From positions 1-64,000 of the IMG/VR virus record IMGVR_UViG_3300045988_081432: DNA of 64,000 bases; one strand, given 5' to 3'. Position numbers and translations under genes: made by a program. The notes under the pieces were generated by a model. The model searched no databases. It saw only the letters and a list, made by a program, of their open reading frames with translations, and had not been told where the DNA came from. Shown piece by piece: positions 26,366 to 37,303 of this stretch. Source of the stretch: a virus. The stretch's first letter is position 1. Every line of letters begins with the position of its first letter.

Positions 26366-26897
26366 AGGTATTTCTATTTTTGACTATGCTACCACGGAAA
26401 CCTATGATGAAAACCGTGGTGTTACTTACCCTGCATGGACGGTAGTTAACCCAGAAGATATCAAGATGGTCAACCGTACTATTGATAGAAATGCAGTACC
26501 CGTAATTTATTCTGTTAAAACTCCAATCCAGTTGAAGTCTGCTATGTTTAGTAATATGCGTGATTTGATTACCGATGGGCGAGTTAATCTACTTGTTGAT
26601 AGCCAAGAGGGTCTTGATTATATGATGAAGAACTATCAGTATTACAAGATTGAAGATGAGGATTTAAAGAAACGTCTTATGAATCCTTATGTACAAACTA
26701 ATCGGCTTGTTGATGAGGCAATCAGTTTGGAACAGGTGGTTACTCAGGGCTATATTAACCTAAAGGAAAAAGCTGGAAATCGTAAAGACCGTGTTATGTC
26801 TTTGGCTTACGGTCTTTGGTACGCCAAATTGTTGGAAGACCAATACATCAATAAACAAGAAACTAATAGTCTATTAGACTGGACATTCTTTGGATAA
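26366..26897 (+). CDS. terL: terminase large subunit, exon 2 of 2
   Basis: The frame is open from 26366 and continuous with the track ORF 26466-26897. The joined product is 591 aa. Confidence 0.75.
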
Positions 26898-26915
26898 TTA
26901 TTTTAAGAAAGTGAG

Positions 26916-28598
26916 GTGAGATGTTTGCCAAGAAAAAAGAAAGTTGAACAAGAAACGCTGTCTGAGAAACAGGTTAATGATGTTCTAAATGCGTATGATT
27001 ATTTTATGAATTTCTCTGATTCTTATAATCGCAGTTATTATAGTGGTGGCGCTGATTATAATACGCCAGATACTATTAATAGAAGGCTAAAAGATATTAA
27101 CTTAACACAAGTTGATACTACCGTAGCAGATATTGAAAAGGCTTTAAAGAACGCGAAGGATTCAGAGGAAATTCTTTCTAATTATGCACAGACGCTTGAG
27201 ATTACAAATATGTCCTTTAAGCGTCTAACGCAATATTTGCCAAATCTGGCGGCATTTAACTTAACTTTTGACCCAATCAATGTCACAAAAGAATCTGAAC
27301 TAAAGTCTAAAGAATTTAAGAAAGATTTGGCTAAAGTAGATGAGTTTTGTAACAAGTTCGATTATCGCACAGAATTTGCGACTGCTATGCGTCAGTGTTT
27401 TAGACAAGGTGCAATGTTTAGTGTTCTCCGTGATGAAGGAGACAAATATACTCTTCAAGAGCTTCCAAAACAATTTTGCAAGATTACTGGGCGTTTTGAC
27501 TATGGTTATTTGTATGACTTTGATATGACATGGTTTTTAAATATGGATGGTGTTGATATTGATATGTACCCCACTATCTTCAAACGTATGCTAAATCGGA
27601 TTCAAAAGAACCATAACAAACCTTATGACCCTGCAAGACGTTTGCAATCAAGAAATACTGGCTTTAATTATTGGCAACAGACTTCTCCTGAAAATGGGTT
27701 CTGGTGTTTTAAGCTCGACCCAGAACTAGCAACTATTTTGCCTTATTATTCGGGCATTCTTGGTAATGCTAGTTTCCAGCCTGTTGTTAGAGGTCTACAA
27801 CAGGATAAATACTTTATTGATGCTTCTAAGATTCTGGTTGGTATCCTTGGGTTCAATAAAGAACAGAAGAGTGGTCAGGTCGCCAACTCTATTAATATGA
27901 CACCTGAGATGATTGGTAAATTCTTAGGTGTTGCTCGTAAAGGACTAAATAGCCAGATTGGTTTAGCTGTGCTGCCCACTGACGATGTTAAAGCTGTAGA
28001 TTTTAGTGTTTCAAATACCAATTCCGATGTTGACTATGCAAGCTCTGTTGTTAAACAAAGTGTTGCTTCTAGTGAAGCCCTGTTTGGAACTGAAAAGCTA
28101 AATAGTCATCAGTCTAAACTAGCTTCTCAGATTGATAATAATACTATTGAAGCGCTTTATCCTATGTTTGCTAATTTTATGGAATTTTTTATTAATAGAA
28201 TGACCGAGAAATATAAATTCAAAGTTCGTTTCCATGATGAAAATGTCCCTGACCAAAAGGCAGAGCGCAAAGCGCTATTCAATGATTTTTCTAAGATAGG
28301 ATTTGTAGATATGCAGCTTGCCGCCCGTTGCAATGATATGAATGTATTCGAGTATACAAGACACTTACAAATTTCCAAGAATTGTTTTGATGTTAAGGGG
28401 ATGGTCATTCCTCTAAATCAATATCTAACTCCCCCTGTACAAACTAGAACTGGTACTAGCACAACAACAAAACCACCAGAGAATCCTCTTACTAAAGGTA
28501 GCGTTGGTAGACCACCAAAACCTGAGAGTGATTCTGAGTCTACGGAAGCAAGTTGGGCGAGAGGTTCTAATGAACTCAAACAGGAATTTAACGATTAA
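26916..28598 (+). CDS. portal protein (positional call)
   Basis: 560-aa ORF immediately after terL. Start is GTG 26916 or TTG 26925. Confidence 0.55.
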   Translation: MRCLPRKKKVEQETLSEKQVNDVLNAYDYFMNFSDSYNRSYYSGGADYNTPDTINRRLKDINLTQVDTTVADIEKALKNAKDSEEILSNYAQTLEITNMSFKRLTQYLPNLAAFNLTFDPINVTKESELKSKEFKKDLAKVDEFCNKFDYRTEFATAMRQCFRQGAMFSVLRDEGDKYTLQELPKQFCKITGRFDYGYLYDFDMTWFLNMDGVDIDMYPTIFKRMLNRIQKNHNKPYDPARRLQSRNTGFNYWQQTSPENGFWCFKLDPELATILPYYSGILGNASFQPVVRGLQQDKYFIDASKILVGILGFNKEQKSGQVANSINMTPEMIGKFLGVARKGLNSQIGLAVLPTDDVKAVDFSVSNTNSDVDYASSVVKQSVASSEALFGTEKLNSHQSKLASQIDNNTIEALYPMFANFMEFFINRMTEKYKFKVRFHDENVPDQKAERKALFNDFSKIGFVDMQLAARCNDMNVFEYTRHLQISKNCFDVKGMVIPLNQYLTPPVQTRTGTSTTTKPPENPLTKGSVGRPPKPESDSESTEASWARGSNELKQEFND

Positions 28599-28612
28599 TT
28601 GAGGTGATATAA

Positions 28613-28873
28613 TTGGCACTATCTAAAGAAGTGATTAAGGCTCTAAATAGCTCTAATGGTCTAACTCAGTCTCTAAATGTCGGGCAGGCTATTTCTGACG
28701 CTATTGATGAATGTGGTGGTTCTACTACCAATGTGCAAAATGTTACTAATGTAATTGATGCACCTAAGATTGCACACCACGATAAGCTAGATGGTAATGT
28801 TACAATTGCTACTCTAAAAACTGCCTACAATTCTCTTATAGACGACCTAATTAAGGTCGGTCTAATGGAGTAA
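28613..28873 (+). CDS. hypothetical head-module protein
   Basis: 86-aa ORF, TTG start after GAGGTGA. Confidence 0.45.
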   Translation: MALSKEVIKALNSSNGLTQSLNVGQAISDAIDECGGSTTNVQNVTNVIDAPKIAHHDKLDGNVTIATLKTAYNSLIDDLIKVGLME

Positions 28874-28904
28874 TTATATGTTAAATTTAATGAAAGGAGG
28901 TGAC

Positions 28905-30569
28905 ATGAGATTGGAGAATAAAAGTTTATATTTCACATTTGGTATTGACGACGTAAATGTTATTGAAGACGATGATAGATTTGCTATCACTAAGATTCGT
29001 GCATTTGCAGAAAAAGAGAATAGTCATACTCAGCCAATTTCTTTTGATTCTCTTAAAACGACTGCTAATACTATTTATAATGTTCCTGTTGTAGTTGAGT
29101 TTACTGATTGGAATGATGACGGTATTGGTACTCACTCTAAGGCAGAAATCCCGGTTGGGTTTGTTTACTCTGAAAACAATCCTGTCACCTTTGAATATGA
29201 TGAAGAGCGAGACAAGAATTTCTTGACTATTAAAGCTCTTATTTGGAAAAACTATTCTAAAAATATTGTTGATATTATTCATAGTTCCAATGACAGAAAG
29301 AAAGTATCTGTTGAAATGACCACTACTGATTATCAAGATAATGGCCCATTTGATAAACCAGACGTTTATAGTTGGAAATATCAAGCTATTACTATTTTGT
29401 CAGACCAAGTTGCAGAGGCTTGTAAGGGAAGCAATGTTCAGCTTATGAAATTCTCTAAGGATAAAGAAAATTATATTAAAGAAAATTTTGCTGACAAAAT
29501 TTCTATTGATAATTCTAAAGAAGCCGCTACAAGTGGCGAGTGGTCTAATCCCGGTCAGAAGCTATTCAAGCCAATTACAGAAGCGTCTAACGCAAAGTCT
29601 TTGCTAAAAGAGGCATATTTAATTGGTGATTTCTCCGACAATGAGTATGAAATTACGAAATTCAAGTATCCACATCACGTTGTTCGTGATGGTAAACTTA
29701 TTGTTCATAAAGATGGCTTGCAGTCCGCATTCTCTAGGGCTGCACAGCAGGGAATTGTTAAAGGAGACGTGAAGTCCCACTTGCTGAAACACTATCGTGA
29801 GCTTGGTTTGGATACACAAAATTTTGCAGAATTTGGTTTCTCGCAAGATGAGTTCAACCAGTATTTTGCAGAAGATTATAAACAGGACGAGGGTGAAAAC
29901 GTGGAAGAAGAGAAGAAAGTAACAGAAGCCGAAGTCACTGAGACCAAGAAGGAAGATGAGACTAAGGTGGAGGAAGCGGAAGCAGCCGAAGAAAAGACCG
30001 AGAAAAAGGTTGAAGAGGCTTGTGAAACCGAGACCATCACAGAATCTTGCGAAACTAAAATGGGTAGTGACAAGAAAATGGCTGACGATGAAGACGGTAA
30101 AGATGATGATTCCGATGAGCGTCATGATGAGCCTGACAATGACGATGATGACAATAAGGAAAATATGTCTCTTGAAGAAGCTATGTCTGAAATTTCTAAT
30201 CTAACTGCTGAAAATGAAAAACTAAAAAAGGACAATGAAGCATATATGGCTAAATTTGAAGCCATGTCTGATTATGATGAACTAAAGGCTTTTAAGTTTG
30301 CAGCAGAAGAAAAAGAAAAGCAAGAAGCTAATATGGTTAAGATGTGTGAAGTCCTAGACGAAATCTCTGAAAAGGGCGTTGAAATGTCTGAGGATGAACG
30401 TAATGCTTATATCGCTAAATTTAGCGAATATGATAGTGTAGCCGCATGGAGTAACATGGTAAAAGCCGCAGAGTTTGACCGAGTTGGTGCTCCCTCTGGC
30501 AACATTCACAAGATTGGTCTACCTTATGGAGAGAAGAAGAAATCTACTGGTTCCATTTGGGACAATTAA
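28905..30569 (+). CDS. scaffolding-like protein with acidic coiled-coil C-terminal half
   Basis: ATG 28905 after AAAGGAGG. Long E/D/K-rich helical region (EEEKKVTEAEVTETKKEDETKVEEAEAAEEK...). Lies between the portal and capsid genes. Confidence 0.45.
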   Translation: MRLENKSLYFTFGIDDVNVIEDDDRFAITKIRAFAEKENSHTQPISFDSLKTTANTIYNVPVVVEFTDWNDDGIGTHSKAEIPVGFVYSENNPVTFEYDEERDKNFLTIKALIWKNYSKNIVDIIHSSNDRKKVSVEMTTTDYQDNGPFDKPDVYSWKYQAITILSDQVAEACKGSNVQLMKFSKDKENYIKENFADKISIDNSKEAATSGEWSNPGQKLFKPITEASNAKSLLKEAYLIGDFSDNEYEITKFKYPHHVVRDGKLIVHKDGLQSAFSRAAQQGIVKGDVKSHLLKHYRELGLDTQNFAEFGFSQDEFNQYFAEDYKQDEGENVEEEKKVTEAEVTETKKEDETKVEEAEAAEEKTEKKVEEACETETITESCETKMGSDKKMADDEDGKDDDSDERHDEPDNDDDDNKENMSLEEAMSEISNLTAENEKLKKDNEAYMAKFEAMSDYDELKAFKFAAEEKEKQEANMVKMCEVLDEISEKGVEMSEDERNAYIAKFSEYDSVAAWSNMVKAAEFDRVGAPSGNIHKIGLPYGEKKKSTGSIWDN

Positions 30570-30599
30570 AAATTATTAATTTTAGGAGGAAATTTTACT

Positions 30600-31145
30600 A
30601 TGTATGATGTTCTAATTAAGAACGGCTATGCGGCTCTAAATGTTGATAACTGGAACCGTACTGTCGTATGCGAAGAGGACGTACCCAACGGTGCAGTTTT
30701 TGCTCTAAGTGAGTATTCTACCGATGCTGATAGCAAGATTGTTTGGAAGGCTGGCAAGCCTGCCGCAGACGCAAAGAATCTATGGATGGCATCTAGCCCC
30801 GAAGTCGTTATTACTACTCTACCTGACGGCACTGAGCTAAAGGGTATTGATAACAATATCCGCGATTTCGTAAATATCAAGGGGCATCCTATTGATGCTT
30901 TCAAGCTAATCGAAGACGATGTTCTTACTATCGTTCCTAGTGAGACTAATGCAACTGAAATGGCTACTGCAAAGTTCCTAATTCCTGATACTACTAAGTT
31001 CACCCTAAAGGCACAGGCTACGGCTACCGCTCCTACTGCTGGTATGTATCTAAAGGCATTGGGTGCCACTACCGCTCATATTGGCGATGGCAACCTAGTT
31101 AAGAAGGCAGTTACCGCTTACAAGTTCGTTGTATGTGTAGCTTGA
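30600..31145 (+). CDS. hypothetical head protein
   Basis: 181-aa ORF with RBS AGGAGG, directly upstream of the capsid gene. Confidence 0.45.
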   Translation: MYDVLIKNGYAALNVDNWNRTVVCEEDVPNGAVFALSEYSTDADSKIVWKAGKPAADAKNLWMASSPEVVITTLPDGTELKGIDNNIRDFVNIKGHPIDAFKLIEDDVLTIVPSETNATEMATAKFLIPDTTKFTLKAQATATAPTAGMYLKALGATTAHIGDGNLVKKAVTAYKFVVCVA

Positions 31146-31174
31146 TGATATTTTAAGAAAAGGAGAATAATACT

Positions 31175-32266
31175 ATGAATGAGAAGACTCTAGCTTTCTC
31201 CGGCGATATGACTGCCGAAGTAAAGATTAAGGATTATTTTAATGACTATGCAAAGCAGCGTGGTCAGTACGACGGCCCTGTTGACACTTCTATCTCTTTT
31301 GCCGAGAAGGAGAAGAAGATTAATGACCTACTGATGGCAGAAGTTAAGAAGCTATCTGGTCTGGATTTCAATAATTCTTTTGCCTCCATTGAGATGATGG
31401 CTAAGAATCCCACTTTCCAGTGGGCATACATGGCTGTTATTGATGCCGCCATTGATATGGTTCTACCTGATTTTGTAGACCGTACTACCAGTGTCTATAC
31501 CGAAATGCGTAATGGCGCTATTGGTGATAGCTTTAAGTTTGATGTTGAGTCTAACGACCTGTTTATTGTCTCCAAGGCTGGTCGGAATCAGCGTAATACT
31601 GAGTTCCAGCGTGAAGATATTGGGCAGCGTTCTATCATCCCCTTCAACCACAATATTTCTGTTGCTTCCAATAAGTACAAGGCTCTGTGTGGCAAGGAAT
31701 CCATGGCTCGTTTCCTGATGAAGGCTGTTCTATCTATGGAAGCAGAACTAACCAAGGAAATTGCTCTAGCATTTGCTACCGCCATGGATGATGTTAAGGA
31801 CAATGGCGCAGAGGCTCTACACGTTGCTGGTCTAGCGGACAAGAGCGTTATTAAGCTAATTCAAACTGTTTCTGCTTATAACCGTGCTCCCGCTATTCTG
31901 ATGGGTACTATGAGCGCTGTTCATGACCTACTTCCTCAGTCTGCTAATCTGCGTATGATGGTTGATTCCGATTACGTTCGTGTTGGCTATATCTCTAACA
32001 TTTATGGTACTGATGTAATGGTTATGCCTCAGTATGCCGATTATGCCGCTGCTGACCAGTACAAGCTGGCTCTGCCTGATGATAAGATTTATGTCATCAG
32101 CCCCTCTGCTCAGAAGCCTGTCAAGCTGTGCCTAGAGGGTGCTACTACCTCTAACACTGTTGATAGCAATGCAGATGCAGACCTGACCACCAATACTACT
32201 ATCAATAAGAGCTGGGGTATCGGTGTCATCACCAACGCTATTGCTGGTGTCATCACTGTCAGCTGA
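31175..32266 (+). CDS. major capsid protein (positional call)
   Basis: 363 aa, RBS AAAGGAG, followed by a strong terminator. Position is typical for a capsid gene. Confidence 0.5.
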   Translation: MNEKTLAFSGDMTAEVKIKDYFNDYAKQRGQYDGPVDTSISFAEKEKKINDLLMAEVKKLSGLDFNNSFASIEMMAKNPTFQWAYMAVIDAAIDMVLPDFVDRTTSVYTEMRNGAIGDSFKFDVESNDLFIVSKAGRNQRNTEFQREDIGQRSIIPFNHNISVASNKYKALCGKESMARFLMKAVLSMEAELTKEIALAFATAMDDVKDNGAEALHVAGLADKSVIKLIQTVSAYNRAPAILMGTMSAVHDLLPQSANLRMMVDSDYVRVGYISNIYGTDVMVMPQYADYAAADQYKLALPDDKIYVISPSAQKPVKLCLEGATTSNTVDSNADADLTTNTTINKSWGIGVITNAIAGVITVS

Positions 32267-32293
32267 TTGCTTGTTAAATTTTAAATAATTGCT

Positions 32294-32330
32294 CTACTCC
32301 TTCGGGAGTAGGGTTTATATTATTTTTGGA
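32294..32330 (+). terminator. Rho-independent terminator after the capsid gene
   Basis: CTACTCC / TTCG / GGAGTAG followed by a T-rich run. Confidence 0.7.
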
Positions 32331-32346
32331 TTAAAAGGGGTATAAA

Positions 32347-32976
32347 ATGGCGACTAATACACAGAGAATTGAAAACCTTGAAAAGGGTATGTCAGAAATG
32401 CAGGGTACGCTTGGTGAGATTCTTGCTGCACTACGCGGTTTTTCTACTTCCTCTGCTCAAAATGAATCTGTTGCAGTTGTACACGAGGATAACCCATCCG
32501 AAGAAGATTATACAGAACCAGAGGACGGAAAGAGCATTCGTGTTCGCAGTCTGTTTAATGGGACTCTTAATCTTACTTATGGGGATAGACGCTTTGTTAC
32601 TTTTAATAAGTACGGCGACGAAAATCGTGTGCTATACCGTGACTTGATTCAAATTGTGAATATGAATCACAAGTTTGCGGAAGAAGGATACTTTGAAATT
32701 GAGGATGCAAGTGCCGTTTATTTTCTTGGTATGACTTATGCTTATAATAATATTATTAAGTATAAAGACATCGAAAATATTTGCAGTTATTCCGATGACA
32801 AAGTGAAGACTCTAATTGAGAACGCAAGTGACTATCAGAAAAGCCTAGTAGCAAATCGCGTTGCTCATCAAATTGTTGATGGTAAGAACGTAGACTACAA
32901 CAAGGTCAATTTGATTAATAAGTTGTGTTCCGTAGATATTAGTAAGCGCGCAGAGTCTATTCGCTCACTTGCTTAA
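32347..32976 (+). CDS. hypothetical head or neck protein
   Basis: 209-aa ORF with an RBS. Confidence 0.45.
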   Translation: MATNTQRIENLEKGMSEMQGTLGEILAALRGFSTSSAQNESVAVVHEDNPSEEDYTEPEDGKSIRVRSLFNGTLNLTYGDRRFVTFNKYGDENRVLYRDLIQIVNMNHKFAEEGYFEIEDASAVYFLGMTYAYNNIIKYKDIENICSYSDDKVKTLIENASDYQKSLVANRVAHQIVDGKNVDYNKVNLINKLCSVDISKRAESIRSLA

Positions 32977-33002
32977 ATTATTTTAAATAAGAAAGGCGGT
33001 GA

Positions 33003-33554
33003 ATGGGATTGAACAATATTAGTTTATTTAATAATGAAATAGAAGACAAACCTGTTGAAGAACCAGACGCTCCACCAGAGCAAACACAACTTTCTGGTAC
33101 AAATTTTAACGAGATTTATAAATTATTTTTAATTTCATTACAAGATTATGAGCTAAAACGGCTATTTAATGATAACCCAGAAGCAGCCGATGATTTGCTT
33201 ATGTACTTCTTACTAAGAGCGATTCCGCTTTTTATAAATTGTCAGAAAGATATTGAACAATATCATCAAAATGAATCAGGGGAGTATGAATTTAACGACA
33301 CACTGACATTAACAGAAAAGACTATTCTTTCAGATTTAATGGTTCAATGCTGGCTTGACTTTATAATTTCTGATACTACTCAGCTTGGTGGTTTGCAAGA
33401 TACTGACTTTAAGCGTGAATCTGCTTCTAATAATTTGAAGGAGAAAGCAAATTATGCTGATAGATGGCGAGAAAAAGTAAATCAGAAAATTATAAACTAT
33501 GGTCTAAAGAACACCCCATTTGCTGAATGGGCGGTGGGAAACTATGGACTTTAA
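33003..33554 (+). CDS. hypothetical head-tail joining protein
   Basis: 183-aa ORF; positional call only. Confidence 0.4.
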   Translation: MGLNNISLFNNEIEDKPVEEPDAPPEQTQLSGTNFNEIYKLFLISLQDYELKRLFNDNPEAADDLLMYFLLRAIPLFINCQKDIEQYHQNESGEYEFNDTLTLTEKTILSDLMVQCWLDFIISDTTQLGGLQDTDFKRESASNNLKEKANYADRWREKVNQKIINYGLKNTPFAEWAVGNYGL

Positions 33555-33846
33555 TGGAATCAATTTTTCTGACAAAGAAATTCAAGAGTATAAACAATCT
33601 GTAATTAATAAACTATTTGCAATTCTTGGAATTTTTGAGGATTGCGAAGCTATAAATGATTATTCTGGGTATACTGCTTACATCAAGAGGTTAACAAGGG
33701 AATTTAATGGGCTGTACAATATGTTCGGTATTGTAAATTTCCTTTCTGTTGTTAGTATTCTTGAGGGTTCGCAAGTACCCATTGAACATTCAGAGGTTAA
33801 AAGACTAGTGTTCCATTGTATCTCTTTGGTCAAAAAGGCTAGGTGA
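33544..33846 (+). CDS. hypothetical protein
   Basis: ATG 33544 after GGTGGGA. 11-nt overlap with the upstream gene. Confidence 0.45.
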   Translation: MDFNGINFSDKEIQEYKQSVINKLFAILGIFEDCEAINDYSGYTAYIKRLTREFNGLYNMFGIVNFLSVVSILEGSQVPIEHSEVKRLVFHCISLVKKAR

Positions 33847-33850
33847 TACC

Positions 33851-34843
33851 ATGCCATATTATGATACTTTCATGAATGTTAATAAACACCCTGCTCAAAG
33901 ATGGAGAAATCAACTTCAAGACACGGTTGATAAAGTCTTTGAGAATGCGTCTACATGGTGGGATGACGTGTGGGAAGAGAAAGAATTTGGCTCTGATGCT
34001 CTTGAGACAATTACAACTAATGAAGAAAAAAGAAAAGAATTATTTAATAAAATAGATATCCGTATTACATCACTTGTTGATGCTAAAACCGGACAGCGTG
34101 TAAACGATGACTATAAGAAATTAATTTATAAAGACTTGGATTATAGACCAAAGTTAGGACAAAGGTATTTCTTTGACGATAATATCTGGATTATATATTC
34201 GCGTGATAATATTCGCAAGAGTTCATCTAGTGCTTATGTTAGACGTTGTAACAATACAATCAATACTCTAGCAGAGGACGAGAAAACAATCCATCGTGAA
34301 CCATGTTATATTGAGTATAAAATTGTTGAAGACCAAATTTCTACATCGGAAGTTATTGATGTAGCCAAAGATAAAATTGAGGTTGTTTGCCAGTATAATG
34401 ATTGGACAAGTCGGTACAGAATTAATACTCGTTTTATGTTAAATGGTGTAACATATAAGATTAGACAGTTTGTTAATTTCTTAAATATGAATACATTCCA
34501 AGATAATCCGGGACTATTAAAATTCTATGCAGACTTTGAAAATTATAATGCGGCAGACAATCCGAAGAATGATTTGGCTAATGACGATAAAGAACCAAAG
34601 CAGCCGGAAGAATTTACTATTCTTTTAAACGGCTCGAAAACATTTGTTCTTGATGGAGATAACTATACGTTTGAATGCAACAAGGACAAAACAGTGTCTA
34701 AAGATTATTATTCTTTTACATCCACAAATAACAGTTTTAGAATAAAAAACTATCATCAAAGCACCAATCCGCTTATTGTGAATTGCTACCAAGATGATAT
34801 ACTAATAAAAACATTTAATATTAAATTAGGAGGTGTTGTATAA
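33851..34843 (+). CDS. hypothetical virion protein
   Basis: 330-aa ORF with RBS AGGTGA. Confidence 0.45.
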   Translation: MPYYDTFMNVNKHPAQRWRNQLQDTVDKVFENASTWWDDVWEEKEFGSDALETITTNEEKRKELFNKIDIRITSLVDAKTGQRVNDDYKKLIYKDLDYRPKLGQRYFFDDNIWIIYSRDNIRKSSSSAYVRRCNNTINTLAEDEKTIHREPCYIEYKIVEDQISTSEVIDVAKDKIEVVCQYNDWTSRYRINTRFMLNGVTYKIRQFVNFLNMNTFQDNPGLLKFYADFENYNAADNPKNDLANDDKEPKQPEEFTILLNGSKTFVLDGDNYTFECNKDKTVSKDYYSFTSTNNSFRIKNYHQSTNPLIVNCYQDDILIKTFNIKLGGVV

Positions 34844-35458
34844 TTGTATTACGAAGAGCTTAGTTCTATCGTTTTCGCAGTTATTTATAACAGACTTCTA
34901 AGAAGTGAGCGTTTGGTTAGGTTGTTGACTTGTTACGAGCGAAATACCTCCCCTTATTTTGATAAATCTTTTGACGAAAAGATTAAGAAAATTGGTGGGT
35001 TGAATAATCTTGTTTATATGGGGCAAGACCTAGATAAATGCACAGACGTTCATATTTATCCACTAGAGCATATTCCTGACGCAAAATTAGACCAAAAAAC
35101 ATATTTAACTGTAACACTCAATGGTGGTTACACCACAGAGGTTGCACAGTATAAAAAGGTTATTATATGTGTCGATGTGGTAGTTCACGATGAACAAAGT
35201 GTTATTCTGTCTGATAATCCCGACTATCCGATAGCTTATCGTCTTTACGATATCGTGCATGAAATTGACGCAATCATTAATGACAAAAGGTTGGAGGACT
35301 TTTCTGCCGGACGTGTGAACCTGATAGGATTTCAACGTCGTTATTATAATGGTTATTTTAATGGTTTGCAGCTTCAATATCAACTAACACTAAATAGCAC
35401 AATTGGTTGTGATGGTGGTTCTACAAATCTATTACCTAAATTTACACTGAAAAATTGA
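34844..35458 (+). CDS. hypothetical virion protein
   Basis: TTG start directly after the upstream stop, with AGGAGG 9 nt upstream. Confidence 0.45.
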   Translation: MYYEELSSIVFAVIYNRLLRSERLVRLLTCYERNTSPYFDKSFDEKIKKIGGLNNLVYMGQDLDKCTDVHIYPLEHIPDAKLDQKTYLTVTLNGGYTTEVAQYKKVIICVDVVVHDEQSVILSDNPDYPIAYRLYDIVHEIDAIINDKRLEDFSAGRVNLIGFQRRYYNGYFNGLQLQYQLTLNSTIGCDGGSTNLLPKFTLKN

Positions 35459-36336
35459 ACGCTTTACAACTGTATTGCGGGAGACCGCTAAAATTAGCAG
35501 AAAACGTATATGTAGAACACCCAAAACTTGATAAACTACTTAACGACGTTGGTGAAAAAGACGCTTATAGTGAATACATGAAAAACCTAGCCCTTATCAC
35601 AACTCAGTCTAAAGATATCGCTGATATCCTGTGGGTGGAAAATAAGATATGGTATGAAGATATCAAAAGCGAATACGAGTTTTTCATTCAAGAATGTTTG
35701 GCAGATAGCACATCAAATAATGTTTTTATTAGAGATGGAGAAGTCGTTTCAGAAATGGACGAAGAATGTATTGTTATCAATAATGATATGTCTAATGCGC
35801 TTAACTATTTTCTGGATTTAAATGGTAAATGGATTGTATTAGGCAGAACTGTTGGAGAAAATACACAAATTTTTCTTTTGAGTGTTAAATGTGAAGATGA
35901 AAAGTTATATATAGAGTCTGATTCTATTAAGTTCAATGAACAGACTTATCATATATTGGTGGAGTATTTAAGAGAAGTAAACTGGATTCATCCAGAATAC
36001 AAGTTTCTTAAAGGTGCTACTAAAAAAGCAAAGAAAATAATCTTACAAAGAAGTTATGAAGAAAGAGAATATGAGGCAAAAAAGAGCAAAGAGAGAGACA
36101 AAGAGGAAGTTAATTTCCAAAGTATCTTATCCTGTCTCGTAACCTTTAAAATATTTTCTTATGATGAATTGCCTAATATACCTGTGTATGTAATTTATGA
36201 TTCATATTTTAGATATGTTAAGGCTGATAATTATAGAAACACAATGGAGGCTTTACATTCTGGGTGTATCGACACAAAGAAAAACCCGATTGATATAAAT
36301 AAGATTCATTGGTCTTCTATTCTTGAAAATAATTGA
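35455..36336 (+). CDS. hypothetical virion protein
   Basis: 293-aa ORF; TTG overlaps the upstream stop. Confidence 0.45.
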   Translation: MNALQLYCGRPLKLAENVYVEHPKLDKLLNDVGEKDAYSEYMKNLALITTQSKDIADILWVENKIWYEDIKSEYEFFIQECLADSTSNNVFIRDGEVVSEMDEECIVINNDMSNALNYFLDLNGKWIVLGRTVGENTQIFLLSVKCEDEKLYIESDSIKFNEQTYHILVEYLREVNWIHPEYKFLKGATKKAKKIILQRSYEEREYEAKKSKERDKEEVNFQSILSCLVTFKIFSYDELPNIPVYVIYDSYFRYVKADNYRNTMEALHSGCIDTKKNPIDINKIHWSSILENN

Positions 36337-36362
36337 TGATTATTATTTAAGGAGGAAAAAAT

Positions 36363-37220
36363 ATGGCAACTGCTGGAACCCCTCGAAACTTTGTTGTACA
36401 GCAAATCTTCGAGTTCCTACTACAAGATACTACCGATAAGTCTATTATCGGTTATCTAAAGCATTGTAAAACTTCTACCCTAGAAAATACCGTTGAAATG
36501 GTGTATCCTAGCGGAGGCAGAGGTAATGTATATATTGGACGTGGCTTTTCTCACAGCCGCCGTGCGAATCTGAATGTGGAGAGCGCTACTTGGAACACCG
36601 AAATTATTGCAGCTCAGAACGGCACTGATGTCGTTACTGGTGAAACCACTTATACCAAGTATATTCAGATTGACCTAAAGGACGCAACTTATAGTTACAA
36701 CCTTCCTGTTCCCGCCGTAAAGGAACCCGGTCAGACTCTATATATTGGCACTATTTATGGTACTCAATCCGATGGTGACTACGTTAAGGTTATTACCGAG
36801 GACGAGAGCGCAAGCGAAGGTAAATTTACTTATACTAAAGAAGTTACCGAAACTTCCCCTGCACCGGCAAAAATTACCCTCGCTGAAAAAGATGTTAAGG
36901 ATATGATTGAGACCATGGGTTGCACTAAGCTATCTATGGCGTATACTGTCAAGTCTACCGCAAACGCCCAACGTATCGAGATTAAGACTGGTACTATGCC
37001 TGACACTGTTCTTGTTACCGCTTATGGCCTAGTTGCAGATATTTGTGATGGCAAGCTATATCCTTGCGTTATTCACGGCATGGCACAAATTGATGGTAAC
37101 TGGAATTGGGAGCTAACAGCAGATGGCGACCCTGCCGTTCAGAACATCTCTATGCAGTTTGTTTCTGGTTGTGCTTCTGATGACCTGTATACTATCACCA
37201 TTGATACTGACGAAGAATAA
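36363..37220 (+). CDS. major tail protein (positional call)
   Basis: 285 aa, strong RBS AAGGAGG, strong terminator downstream. Confidence 0.45.
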   Translation: MATAGTPRNFVVQQIFEFLLQDTTDKSIIGYLKHCKTSTLENTVEMVYPSGGRGNVYIGRGFSHSRRANLNVESATWNTEIIAAQNGTDVVTGETTYTKYIQIDLKDATYSYNLPVPAVKEPGQTLYIGTIYGTQSDGDYVKVITEDESASEGKFTYTKEVTETSPAPAKITLAEKDVKDMIETMGCTKLSMAYTVKSTANAQRIEIKTGTMPDTVLVTAYGLVADICDGKLYPCVIHGMAQIDGNWNWELTADGDPAVQNISMQFVSGCASDDLYTITIDTDEE

Positions 37221-37238
37221 TTTGTTTTGTTAAATTAA

Positions 37239-37275
37239 ATGTAGGTAACGCTTTGACGTTGCCTACATTTTTTAT
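37239..37275 (+). terminator. Rho-independent terminator
   Basis: 12-bp stem ATGTAGGTAACG/CGTTGCCTACAT, loop CTTTGA, then TTTTTAT. Confidence 0.75.
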
Positions 37276-37303
37276 ATTTGAAATTTTATGAAAGGAGGAT
37301 TTT